Below the pieces are notes generated by a model, which had not been told where the DNA came from, did no database searches, and was given only the letters and a program-made list of their open reading frames with translations. From Thermoplasmatota archaeon (GTDB lineage Archaea; Thermoplasmatota; Poseidoniia; Poseidoniales; Thalassarchaeaceae): DNA of 53,537 nt. Shown piece by piece: positions 36,545 to 46,013 of the stretch (positions are counted from its first letter, which is position 1; each line of letters begins with the position of its first letter). The DNA is taken from assembly GCA_036124005.1 (NCBI GenBank), contig JAZADD010000077.1:1-53537 (forward strand), given 5' to 3'. The translations under genes were made by a program, and so were the position numbers.

Positions 36545-38530
36545 ATGCTCCCGTCCCGACCGATGGGCATGGCTTGGCGGAACCTCTCACGATACGTCAA
36601 GTCACTTGAGGCGTCTGGAGAACTCGTTCGCATTCAACGTCCAGTGGATGTTGAACTTGAAGCTGGATGTATTGCCGACCTACTGGTCAAGACAGATGGA
36701 CCTGCAGTTGTATTCGAACAACCAAGACTACCTGATGGGACTATTGCCGAAATACCGTTGGTGATGAACCTCTTCGGTACAGAAAATCGCACTCGAAAAG
36801 CTCTCGGAGTCACAGGAGATACCGAGATTGGAGATCGCCTAGTTTCGTTGATGAAACCCGATATAGGAGCCTATGTGAAGCGACCATGGAAGGGGGTTCC
36901 ACTTGCCCTTGATGCACTCAGCCTTCCTCCAAAGAAAGTACGTAGAGGGCGATGTCAGGACATAGTTATGGAGCCTGCAGATGTCACGAAACTACCCATT
37001 CCAAAAACATGGCCAATGGATGGAGGGCGTTACATCACCCTTCCACTAGTCGTGACGAAGGACCCCGAAAGTGGAGAACATAATCTCGGGATGTACCGGG
37101 GACAAGTGCATGGCCCCATCGAAGTTGGACTACATTGGCAAATCCACAAACATGGTGCGGATCACGCAGCATCTTACGAAAATGGGCGAATGCCGGTTGC
37201 GATTTGCATCGGGGGTCCGCCAGAACTCATATTCTCTGCAATCGCCCCACTGCCTGACAATTTGGAAGAATACATGTTCGCTGGATTCCTAGGACGGCGT
37301 CGACTACGCATTGCGAAAGCGCTGACTCAGGACCTGATGGTGCCTGCCGATGCAGATATTGTCATCGAGGGCTATGTCGAACCCGGTGAGACCAAACAGG
37401 AAGGTCCATTCGGAGATCACTTCGGGTTCTATTCATTGACTGGGCAATATCCTGTGCTCAAGGTAACAGCAATCACTCACAGAAAGAACGCCATGTTACC
37501 GGCGACCATCGTAGGTCTACCCCCAATGGAAGATGGTTACATTGGTGAGGCAGTTGGTAGCCAATTTACCCCTGTACTCCGATTCCAACATCGCGATGTT
37601 GTCGGGGTCCATCTACCTATGGAAACTGGGTTCCATAATCTCGCAATCGTAGCATCAAAACAAAGGTACCCACGTCAAGCTAGAAAGACAGCTATGGGGC
37701 TCCTCGGAGCTGGCCAGATGATGTTCTTGAAGACCATTGTCGCAGTTGATTCTGATCACGATACAAAGAATCTGGAATTGCTCCTTGACGCACTAAACAA
37801 CAATGTGGATCCAAGAGAAGATATACTCGTCATCGAGGGCATGGTTGGCGATTCATTAGATCCTGCAACTCCGTACGAAAATGTTCAGAGTAAGATTTTG
37901 ATTGATGCTAGTGGAATTGCAGATGCTGATCCACGCAGTGGGAAAGATGGGCCCGAAGGTTCGCCTACAAAGGAAGCACCTGGCTGGCGTAGAGGAGAGG
38001 GGAAGGCTCCAGGTGTCCCCGAAGGATTCCTAGATTCAGTTCAGGCGATAGAACATGTCGCTGATGCCCGACTGCTACGTCCGAGTATGCTTGTTGTCAC
38101 CACGCAGATAGAGGGGCGGCCCGATCCAAAGACTGGAATGATTGGACGAGATGAAGAAGCCGCTGCCAATCAAAGAAAGCATATTTCTCAATTGATAGAT
38201 TCAATTTGGCAATTGCCAAATTCTAAGATGTTACGATGGCTGTTCATAACAGATGATGATTTGGATCTCCATGAAATTGGCACACGAAGACGGCTCTTAT
38301 GGCAACTTTTCGCTCGATTTGATGTCGATCGAGGACTACGGTTCGACGTCGGTAAAGCACGGGTTGCTTGGGATGCCACTACCCCAATTCCATCAATTGA
38401 CGGACCCGTACCTACTCGTCGATGGCCGGCCGTCACTCTACATGACCCTGCTATGATGGAACGAGTTCGACGGAGCATCGCAGAAGATGGGCTTGGTGTA
38501 AGAAACTGGCCGAATCACATCCTGAAATGA
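36545..38530 (+). CDS. UbiD-family (prenylated-FMN-dependent) aromatic decarboxylase, long form (SCO4490/MqnL-like by architecture)
   Basis: N-terminus: LRxYVKSLEASGELVRIQRPVD. Core: GPFGDHFGFY. About 190 extra C-terminal residues compared with the ~490-aa UbiD I remember. The start could instead be the Met at 36569. Confidence 0.8.
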   Translation: MLPSRPMGMAWRNLSRYVKSLEASGELVRIQRPVDVELEAGCIADLLVKTDGPAVVFEQPRLPDGTIAEIPLVMNLFGTENRTRKALGVTGDTEIGDRLVSLMKPDIGAYVKRPWKGVPLALDALSLPPKKVRRGRCQDIVMEPADVTKLPIPKTWPMDGGRYITLPLVVTKDPESGEHNLGMYRGQVHGPIEVGLHWQIHKHGADHAASYENGRMPVAICIGGPPELIFSAIAPLPDNLEEYMFAGFLGRRRLRIAKALTQDLMVPADADIVIEGYVEPGETKQEGPFGDHFGFYSLTGQYPVLKVTAITHRKNAMLPATIVGLPPMEDGYIGEAVGSQFTPVLRFQHRDVVGVHLPMETGFHNLAIVASKQRYPRQARKTAMGLLGAGQMMFLKTIVAVDSDHDTKNLELLLDALNNNVDPREDILVIEGMVGDSLDPATPYENVQSKILIDASGIADADPRSGKDGPEGSPTKEAPGWRRGEGKAPGVPEGFLDSVQAIEHVADARLLRPSMLVVTTQIEGRPDPKTGMIGRDEEAAANQRKHISQLIDSIWQLPNSKMLRWLFITDDDLDLHEIGTRRRLLWQLFARFDVDRGLRFDVGKARVAWDATTPIPSIDGPVPTRRWPAVTLHDPAMMERVRRSIAEDGLGVRNWPNHILK

Positions 38531-38542
38531 GGTAGATTATCG

Positions 38543-39472
38543 ATGGATATTCGCACAATCTTATCCTTCATCAAGGTGGAGCATACACTATTCTCACTGC
38601 CTTTCGTGCTAATTGGATACATCATTGCATACAATCAATTCGTGGATGATTTGTCCGTTTCATCATACGGTTGGGCAAGGATAGAACTCATCTGGATTCT
38701 AATCGCTGCAATCGGAGCACGAGGGTTAGCTATGGCATTAAATCGAATCATCGATCGAGAGATAGATGCAGCAAATCCTCGGACTGAAGAGCGACATCTG
38801 GCTTCTGGAATGATGAATCTCCAGACCGCCTGGTCTCTAGCGGCAATCTTCCTACTCATGCTCCTTCTTGGTGCTTGGATGTTGAACTATGTCGCACTCA
38901 TGATGGCGTGGCTACCTGTTCTCGCTTTCGTAATCTACCCATATACCAAGAGATTCACTTGGCTCTGTCACCTCTGGCTCGGCCTATGCCTAGGCCTAGC
39001 TCCCGCAGGTGCATGGGTCGCTATCGCTGGAGATGTGCATGGATGGGCAGCAATCACTGAATTACTGTGGTTACCTACAATCCTACCAATCTCTTTCGGA
39101 GTCGCTCTCTGGATTACTGCATTCGATATCAACTACGCACGGATGGACATCGAAAGCGATCGATTGAACGGCATACATTCCTTCCCAGCACGATTCAGTG
39201 AAGAGGCAACAACACGAACCTCTGTACAACTATCTCTTCTTTGGTTCGCCTGCTTTGCAATCTCAAATCCGATGGATGAAATCTGGTTCTTGGCAGCTTC
39301 TGCAGGAATGGCTCTTACTAACATCGTAGTAATACTCGCTCGGGAACGTTTCGCAAACTTTCAGGTCATCCTATTCCGTACATCAATGCTAACCGGATGG
39401 ATACTACTAATCCCCATCATGTTGATGCAACCTGAGAACAGTTGCTGCGCAGGGACTGGGGTGATTGGATGA
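38543..39472 (+). CDS. UbiA-family aromatic prenyltransferase
   Basis: First Asp-rich motif is NRIIDREIDAANPRT. A second acidic region (DINYARMDIESD) follows, and there are about 8-9 TM helices. Confidence 0.85.
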   Translation: MDIRTILSFIKVEHTLFSLPFVLIGYIIAYNQFVDDLSVSSYGWARIELIWILIAAIGARGLAMALNRIIDREIDAANPRTEERHLASGMMNLQTAWSLAAIFLLMLLLGAWMLNYVALMMAWLPVLAFVIYPYTKRFTWLCHLWLGLCLGLAPAGAWVAIAGDVHGWAAITELLWLPTILPISFGVALWITAFDINYARMDIESDRLNGIHSFPARFSEEATTRTSVQLSLLWFACFAISNPMDEIWFLAASAGMALTNIVVILARERFANFQVILFRTSMLTGWILLIPIMLMQPENSCCAGTGVIG

Positions 39473-40194
39473 AGTTAGCAGTAATTACCGGTGGGGGACG
39501 GGGCATTGGGGCTGCAATTTCAGAACGATTAGCAGCAGACGGATATCGCATCCTTATGACTTACAACAACGATTCACAGTCCGCTGAATCTGTAATCTCA
39601 AAGCTGAGACAAGATAGTGTAGATTGTGTAGCTGTGAAAGTTGATTGTGGACGCACCGACGAGGTGTTCATTCTTGCAGACCATCCATGGATGCAGCATG
39701 GTGTGGATGCATTAATACTGAATCATGGCATGTATCAGCGTAGCCCAGCGCGCGATCTAACAATGGACAATTTGCAGGAAACTATGGACGTTAACTTTCG
39801 AGGGGCTGTCGCCGTATATACTGCACTTTCAAAGTTCTTGACTCCACAAGCATCTATCGTAGCCATCGGTAGCCAACTAGGAATCCGCGGGAGCCCACAT
39901 GGCGCCCACTATGCCGCATCCAAAGGGGCATTGCATGCGTGGGCTCGAAGTCTTGCCATCAATCTTGCAGACTCTGGACAACGAGTGAACATCATTGCCC
40001 CGGGTGCTATTGACACAGATATTCTTGCAGGGGATAACAGTGAAAAAAGAAAGGAGAGATTGGAACGGATACCAATGGGGCGACTTGGAACTCCCGATGA
40101 TGTTGCTGGTGCGGTCTCTTTCCTCTGTGGACCTGATTCGTCTTACATGACTGGTGCAATATTGCACGTCAACGGTGGCCTGTTCCTCCCCTGA
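39469..40194 (+). CDS. Short-chain dehydrogenase/reductase (FabG-like)
   Basis: Has VITGGGRGIGAAI (TGxxxGxG), the catalytic motif YAASKGA and PGAIDTD. The ATG at 39469 overlaps the UbiA stop (ATGA). Confidence 0.85.
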   Translation: MKLAVITGGGRGIGAAISERLAADGYRILMTYNNDSQSAESVISKLRQDSVDCVAVKVDCGRTDEVFILADHPWMQHGVDALILNHGMYQRSPARDLTMDNLQETMDVNFRGAVAVYTALSKFLTPQASIVAIGSQLGIRGSPHGAHYAASKGALHAWARSLAINLADSGQRVNIIAPGAIDTDILAGDNSEKRKERLERIPMGRLGTPDDVAGAVSFLCGPDSSYMTGAILHVNGGLFLP

Positions 40195-40203
40195 GGCCTT
40201 ACC

Positions 40204-42561
40204 ATGGATGCCGATTACTACGACCTATCCAAGGCCATCGGAGAGCGTGCTATTGCGAATGCAATACCATTTCATCTTGAAGCGAATTATGGGCCTTCAG
40301 GGGACCAAGAAAAAGCAATTGAAGAAATCATTTCTCAATTGGAAAATGGACAAGAAAGATGCATTCTTCTTGGAGTGACTGGATCCGGCAAAACATTCGC
40401 AATGGCACATATCATTCAACGACTCCAGATTCCCACACTTGTACTCAGCCACAACAAAACACTTGCACGCCAACTTTGGCAAGAAATGTCCGGCCTTTTC
40501 CCCTCTAATGCAGTAGAGTATTTCGTAAGCCACTATGACTACTATCAGCCCGAGGCATACATCCCAGGTCGAGACCTCTATATCGACAAAGAGTTGCAAA
40601 TGAATGAGCGAATTGAACAAGAACGATTCTCCACAGTAGCATCATTGGTTACTAGGCCAGATGTGATTGTAGTCGGAACTGTGTCCACAATCTATGGATT
40701 GAATCCCCCTGAAACATTCCTACAACACCACCTCAGAATCTTTGTCGGACAAGTTGTCGAACCAATGGATGTTGTGCGAGAGCTAGTAACACTCCATTAC
40801 GGGCGTGTGAGTGGGTCCGATTTCAATCGAGGCGATATTCGCCTCCGTGGAGAGATTCTAGACATCTGGATGCCGAGTAGAGATGATCCAATTAGGGTCC
40901 GATTTGGATTAGACGGCATAGAACGAATCCAGATTTGTGAAGCGATTAGTTTTGAGCCACTTGATGAAATTGAAGAGGCTTGGATTCACCCCAAAGAATT
41001 CTACATCACAGCAGAGGGGTCCTTCAGTCAAGCTCTCGAAGATATCGAGGAAGAAAGAGACAATCGAGAAAAATGGTTCCGTGACAGAAACATGGAACTG
41101 GAATCACACCGGATTGCCACTCGAACGGACTATGACCTTGACCGCCTTAGAGAAATTGGCAGCTGTAAAGGAATTGAAAATTATAGCCGACATTTCGACG
41201 GGCGAGAAATTGGAGAACGACCATATTGCTTGTTTGATTTCATGGCCGCTTGTGCGAATACTTTCCATGATGACCCGGATCAATACCTAGTAATCATGGA
41301 TGAAAGTCACGTTACATTACCTCAGTTAGGAGGCATGCATGCTGGAGATCGTTCAAGGAAACGTAACCTCATTGAACACGGATTTCGCCTTCCTTCAGCC
41401 TATGACAACAGGCCCTTGCGTATTGATGAATTCCAGAATTTGATACCTAGGATGATGTATGTATCTGCGACACCAGGGGAACGTGAACTACGACATCTTG
41501 CCGAAGTTACAGGACAGAAAATTCCTGTTGGACTTGAACATGTGCCAAGTGGAGGGGGCGCGGTCGATACTGATGTGAAAAAGAAGAGATCCGCGAGTAT
41601 GAAAGATACATTACGTGAAATTGATGGAGTTGTTCGGATGGAAATAAGACCAACAGGGCTTCTTGACCCCCGAATTGAGGTCAGGCCAACTGAAGGACAA
41701 GTACAGGATCTTCTAGATGAAATCAATCAATGTGTACAAAACGATGAACGAGTATTAGTCACCGTATTGACCATAAAATTCGCAGAGGAAGTCGCAGACT
41801 ATCTCCAACGTATGGGCGTCAAAGCACATTACCTCCACAGTGAAATTGGAACTATCGAGAGATCTGAGATAATCAAAGCACTCCGGATTGGCCACATTGA
41901 CGTCATAGTAGGAATCAATCTTCTTCGAGAGGGGCTCGATATTCCAGAGGTAAGCCTCGTTTCAATCTTCGATGCAGATCGTGAAGGGTTTCTTAGAAAC
42001 GAGAGAAGTCTTTTGCAAACTATCGGAAGGGCTGCAAGAAATGAGAATGGTAGAGTTATCCTCTACGCTGATTCAGTTAGTCCTGCAATGCAAGCCTCCA
42101 TCGAACAGACTTTAGAACGGCGAAAAAGGCAGGAGGAATATAATGAGAAGAATAAAATTACACCTACCACGATTCAAAAGGCACTCCCTGTGATGGGTCA
42201 AGAAGTGGAAGGGTTGCTCTCAAATACAGCGGGTAAAGGGGCAAGTGGAGGTAAGAGAATGGTCGGTTCGCGAACAGGAGGGCGAGCAGGAAAAACGGAT
42301 ATTGTCAAGCGTTTCAATCTTGGCGCTGGCATCTGGAACGAGCATGAAGATTCCATTCTCTCCAACATCAGTCAACCGGTTTGGACTCAAGATGGAGAAG
42401 ATGCACCAGAGATTAGCGAAGACAGTGATAATGAGGATCTACTTCGACTCATTGAGCGACTCCAGAAGGAGATGAAGGCAGCAGCTGCCCGGCTAGAGTT
42501 TGAACGGGCCGCTCAGATTAGAGATAGAATTATCCAATTGGAAAGTCAATTTTCCAATTGA
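40204..42561 (+). CDS. uvrB: Excinuclease ABC subunit B
   Basis: Has GDQEKAIEEI, LLGVTGSGKTF, the DESHVTLPQ helicase motifs, and the C-terminal UVR motif LEFERAAQIRDRI. Confidence 0.95.
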   Translation: MDADYYDLSKAIGERAIANAIPFHLEANYGPSGDQEKAIEEIISQLENGQERCILLGVTGSGKTFAMAHIIQRLQIPTLVLSHNKTLARQLWQEMSGLFPSNAVEYFVSHYDYYQPEAYIPGRDLYIDKELQMNERIEQERFSTVASLVTRPDVIVVGTVSTIYGLNPPETFLQHHLRIFVGQVVEPMDVVRELVTLHYGRVSGSDFNRGDIRLRGEILDIWMPSRDDPIRVRFGLDGIERIQICEAISFEPLDEIEEAWIHPKEFYITAEGSFSQALEDIEEERDNREKWFRDRNMELESHRIATRTDYDLDRLREIGSCKGIENYSRHFDGREIGERPYCLFDFMAACANTFHDDPDQYLVIMDESHVTLPQLGGMHAGDRSRKRNLIEHGFRLPSAYDNRPLRIDEFQNLIPRMMYVSATPGERELRHLAEVTGQKIPVGLEHVPSGGGAVDTDVKKKRSASMKDTLREIDGVVRMEIRPTGLLDPRIEVRPTEGQVQDLLDEINQCVQNDERVLVTVLTIKFAEEVADYLQRMGVKAHYLHSEIGTIERSEIIKALRIGHIDVIVGINLLREGLDIPEVSLVSIFDADREGFLRNERSLLQTIGRAARNENGRVILYADSVSPAMQASIEQTLERRKRQEEYNEKNKITPTTIQKALPVMGQEVEGLLSNTAGKGASGGKRMVGSRTGGRAGKTDIVKRFNLGAGIWNEHEDSILSNISQPVWTQDGEDAPEISEDSDNEDLLRLIERLQKEMKAAAARLEFERAAQIRDRIIQLESQFSN

Positions 42562-42566
42562 AATAT
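42531..42566. repeat. CAATTG-box pair overlapping the uvrB stop codon
   Basis: Sequence: taTCCAATTGGAaagtcaatTTTCCAATTGAAAtat. It belongs to the same motif family as 25841-25910 and 45736-45985. Confidence 0.5.
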
Positions 42567-42619
42567 TCACCCTCTCTTCCGTCGGATAGACGATAGGCGG
42601 GGTCGAACGCACATAGCGC

Positions 42620-43606
42620 ATGACCTACGACCGGGACGATTTCAACCAGCCTGTCGAAGACTATGATTTACGCTCCACAGATACCATCTCCGAACTACTA
42701 CGCCAGATGGAATCAGCCGGGGGATTCACCGCAACAAAACTGATTCACGCACGGAATATTCTACGAGAGGCAATTTCTGAGACAAAGGCCGTCGAAAATG
42801 AAAACAAAGTACTCAACTGGCTCTCATTCCCTGCATGCCTAATGGCAACAGGTACACGAGGTTTTTTCCACGAAGCAGTTAGAAGTCGTGCATACAACGT
42901 AATTTCCACCACATGCGGCACTCTTGATCACGACATTGCACGAACATTCAGAGATTACTACCACGGCTCCTTTGATTTGGACGATGTCCTCCTAGGCAAG
43001 GTCGGCTTAAATCGACTAGGAAATGTCATTGTACCGAACGAATGTTATGGTGAGATCCTTGAACCCATTATCCTCCCTTGGCTTGAAGAAATTGAAGAGG
43101 AACGTAAGGCATTGAATCCCGATAACCCCTGGCTTGGATTCGGTTCTGTGGAACTCTGTTGGGCGTTTGGTGACCGTATTGAAGATGAATCCTCCTTTCT
43201 TCACCAAGTTGCCAAACACCGTATTCCAGTCGTAATCCCTGGCCTCTCAGATGGAAGTATTGGGGCGCAACTATTCATGCATCGACAAAAATCTCCTAAT
43301 TTCATGATCGACTTCCTCGCTGATGAACAGATTCTCTCGGACCTAACATGGACTGCGGAACGCTCACATGCACTCATGATTGGAGGAGGGATTTCGAAAC
43401 ATCATGTAATCTGGTGGAATCAATATAGAGACGGTTTAGATTCGGCAGTCGGGATTACGACTGCACCCGAGTTTGATGGTTCACTTTCAGGCGCCCGTAC
43501 TAGAGAAGCTATCTCATGGGGTAAGATTCGACCCGATGCGCCACATGTAACTGTGGAAGGTGAAGCATCAGTTCTCCTACCCCTTATCGGTGCAGATTTA
43601 TTTTGA
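42620..43606 (+). CDS. dys: Deoxyhypusine synthase
   Basis: The length and motifs (TATKLIHARNIL..., STTCGTLDHD, MIGGGISKHHVIWWN, EAISWGKI) are typical of DHS. Confidence 0.9.
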   Translation: MTYDRDDFNQPVEDYDLRSTDTISELLRQMESAGGFTATKLIHARNILREAISETKAVENENKVLNWLSFPACLMATGTRGFFHEAVRSRAYNVISTTCGTLDHDIARTFRDYYHGSFDLDDVLLGKVGLNRLGNVIVPNECYGEILEPIILPWLEEIEEERKALNPDNPWLGFGSVELCWAFGDRIEDESSFLHQVAKHRIPVVIPGLSDGSIGAQLFMHRQKSPNFMIDFLADEQILSDLTWTAERSHALMIGGGISKHHVIWWNQYRDGLDSAVGITTAPEFDGSLSGARTREAISWGKIRPDAPHVTVEGEASVLLPLIGADLF

Positions 43607-43608
43607 AT

Positions 43609-44085
43609 TCAATCAAATGTCGCCTCTGCAAATGCGATACATTCCATGATTCCTACTCGTATTGATGTCAAAGGCCTCCAGCCATCACCCCCACATCGAA
43701 GAAGTGCCTCATGAAGAGGGGTCAAATCTGGACGCTCCGCACGACCGTCTACTGATGATGCTGCAGGGGATGGGATATCGCCCAATGTTTCCGCTGAATG
43801 GGTGCCTAAAATCGAAGCATTATACCTATTCCAAAGAAGTTGAATCTCAGAGAGGACCATTTGTTGACTCCAAGCTCTACGGCCACATATGGTGTATTCT
43901 CCATGCTCATTATGGGCACGTAACTCCTTTTCCGCTCGCTCAACATCTCTGATATGGACCCAGTAGCGAATCCTTGGATCTGACTCGATATTCCCATCAA
44001 CCATTATTTTCTGAACCCATGAATTGAGTAAATCGTCTTGTCCTGGAGAATAGACGTCCACTCGATTCAATTTGAGAGATGACAA
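43609..44085 (-). CDS. Short ORF resembling only the C-terminal half of an NAD-dependent epimerase/dehydratase; possible gene remnant
   Basis: LLNSWVQKIMVDGNIESDPRIRYWVHIRDVERA...YTICGRRAWSQQMVLSEI resembles the post-Rossmann part of extended SDRs. There is no GxxGxxG segment. The ORF opens with TTG and its first ATG is at 44004. Confidence 0.3.
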   Translation of the reverse strand: MSSLKLNRVDVYSPGQDDLLNSWVQKIMVDGNIESDPRIRYWVHIRDVERAEKELRAHNEHGEYTICGRRAWSQQMVLSEIQLLWNRYNASILGTHSAETLGDIPSPAASSVDGRAERPDLTPLHEALLRCGGDGWRPLTSIRVGIMECIAFAEATFD

Positions 44086-44097
44086 GACATCGCCTCA

Positions 44098-45651
44098 TCA
44101 AGAAGAAGCCTCAGTATGACGGATTAAAGCGGCACGAACAAGGTCAATAACGAGATTAACTTCCTCCTCAGTGATTCGGAAATGCGGAGTAAATCGCAAA
44201 GCGTTCTGACCACCGTGGATAATTCCAAGCCCCATCTTCCGACAGGTCTCTTCAACTTCGCCAAAGCCAACTACCTGATGTGTCTCTGGGTTCAACTCAG
44301 CACAACAAAGCAGTCCAGTTCCCTGAACTTTCAGAACAACGTCAGGCATTTCATTCTGAATTTCTAAGAGGCCAGCAACGAGTTGATTGCCCCGGTCACG
44401 GATGTTTTCACGGATTCCACCAAAACGCATCTGGTGAAGGACGCTTGATGCTACCTCCAAGGCTCGAGGGTTTGTCGTCATTGTATTTCCATAAATTCCA
44501 ACAACATACAGCTCTGCAGAACGTGGTGTCATACCTAGGACAGATAACGGATATTGCCCTGCATTCAAAGCCTTAGACCATGTTTCAAAGTCAGGTGCTT
44601 CTGCGTCTTGGAATCCCTCATAATCGATAATAGAAAGGCAACCTTGAGCCCTGAATCCTGCCTGTATAGAATCAACTAACAACATACTACCATGTTCCAA
44701 AGTCAAACGGCGCGCCTCATCATAGAACTCGCGTGTTACGCATTGACCCGGGTTACCTTCTCCTTGAACTGGTTCAATCGCCATTACTTCAATGAAGAAA
44801 CCCTCCACTTCTGCACGTGCAAACACATCTTGTAAGGCCGAAATGTCGTTCGCTGGAACGAGAATTAGGTTGTCACGATCTCGAAAAGTTGCCAAACGAT
44901 CATCGTACTTTCCTTTACATGAATGAGATATCTGAGCCGGTCGATCTGTTCGGCCATGGAATGCTTCCTCTATTGCTAACATCACGATCTTTCGTCCCTC
45001 ATATCGTCCACCAGGGTCAGTATGGTTTCGAGCGTTCACGTCGGCGATTCTCAATGCAACAGTAACTGCTTCTGAACCACTATTCATACAAATGAAACTA
45101 GTGAACGGACACGCTTCACCAGGTCGAGTATGCCCCAACTCACGCTGAAGACCCCGAGAAAAGCGATATTGGCTCCAAGAAGGAGTCATGACATTAGCCA
45201 TAACCCAATTTTCTGCCATATCTTGAATTATGTTTTCAGGACCGTGGCCAAAACCCAACATCCCATATCCGCCATTGTCGTGAATAACTGCACCTTTGGA
45301 GGTCACAATCCATGGCCCACGCGCTGCCAAAGCAACATACGGATTGATTGTCGCGGGAGAATAAAAATTAACGAAACTACGCTGAACCTCCCGTATCTGT
45401 TCTGATTCTTCAGAAAGGATCCACCAAGATGCAGTGCTGTCAATCCTATCGAATCGTTGTCTGGCTTCTTCGATAGCTTCCCCAAGTTTCCGATCTAGAT
45501 TACAGAACTGTTGTATCCGTTCATCGTCAAGTCCAACTGTCAATGGGGCATCATCGCCACTTGCGCGACGAATACTATGGAGAATCTCCAATGGAGTCAG
45601 ATCTGACCACCATGGACCGGGTATGTCTGGATTGTCGTATCCCATGCCCAT
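44098..45651 (-). CDS. Class III (omega/acetylornithine-type) PLP-dependent aminotransferase with N-terminal extension
   Basis: Has MNSGSEAVTVALR, LLVDSIQAGFRAQG (the D-x-x-Q-x-G position) and WSKALNAG (candidate PLP lysine). Confidence 0.75.
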   Translation of the reverse strand: MGMGYDNPDIPGPWWSDLTPLEILHSIRRASGDDAPLTVGLDDERIQQFCNLDRKLGEAIEEARQRFDRIDSTASWWILSEESEQIREVQRSFVNFYSPATINPYVALAARGPWIVTSKGAVIHDNGGYGMLGFGHGPENIIQDMAENWVMANVMTPSWSQYRFSRGLQRELGHTRPGEACPFTSFICMNSGSEAVTVALRIADVNARNHTDPGGRYEGRKIVMLAIEEAFHGRTDRPAQISHSCKGKYDDRLATFRDRDNLILVPANDISALQDVFARAEVEGFFIEVMAIEPVQGEGNPGQCVTREFYDEARRLTLEHGSMLLVDSIQAGFRAQGCLSIIDYEGFQDAEAPDFETWSKALNAGQYPLSVLGMTPRSAELYVVGIYGNTMTTNPRALEVASSVLHQMRFGGIRENIRDRGNQLVAGLLEIQNEMPDVVLKVQGTGLLCCAELNPETHQVVGFGEVEETCRKMGLGIIHGGQNALRFTPHFRITEEEVNLVIDLVRAALIRHTEASS

Positions 45652-45735
45652 GCTTCAGATAGGGCCCCAAATCAAGGTTCCCAAATATCGCCCGCACCAA
45701 TCCATAGATTATTGATGGGGAAAAAGGACGAAATC

Positions 45736-45985
45736 ATTCAATTTCCAATTGAAAAAGAAATTAATTCAACCAATAATGAGAGAATAAAGAATGGCTGACA
45801 TTTCAATCCATGAACCAGGGACACCACAGGTCTACGATATTACCACAATTTCAATTGGATTTTCAAATATATTTGAATCATATTCAACTAACAATTGAAA
45901 TCAATAAAGGGCTGATAAAATATGCAAATGATGACGTTTTCCAATTGGAAACAATTGATTTTTCAGTATTTTTCAATTAGATTAT
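45736..45985. repeat. Array of at least six CAATTG-centred boxes in the 430-bp AT-rich divergent spacer
   Basis: Boxes at about 45741, 45849, 45891, 45938 (perfect 14-bp palindrome TTTCCAATTGGAAA, 45938-45951), 45951 and 45971. A perfect 16-bp palindrome TTCAAATATATTTGAA lies at 45862-45877. Confidence 0.65.
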
Positions 45986-46004
45986 CCGCTTTTTAATTCC
46001 GATT

Positions 46005-46013
46005 CGTTTATAT
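46005..46013 (+). promoter_or_regulatory. Candidate BRE/TATA (CGTTTATAT) upstream of the PRC-barrel gene
   Basis: CGTTTATAT lies ~70 nt upstream of the ATG at 46082. The identical 9-mer precedes rpl7ae. Confidence 0.4.

Noticed and set aside
38184-38220. CAATTG-rich stretches inside coding regions (38184-38220 in ubiD; 40331-40346 in uvrB)
   Set aside because: They resemble the spacer repeat but are in frame within conserved-looking protein sequence (ISQLIDSIWQLPN; ISQLENG). Codon choice for Q-L could explain them, so they are not counted as element copies.
45928-45934. C-box-like AUGAUGA suggesting a C/D-box sRNA
   Set aside because: No D box (CUGA) or C'/D' pair lies at the expected spacing downstream on that strand, and there is no terminal stem.
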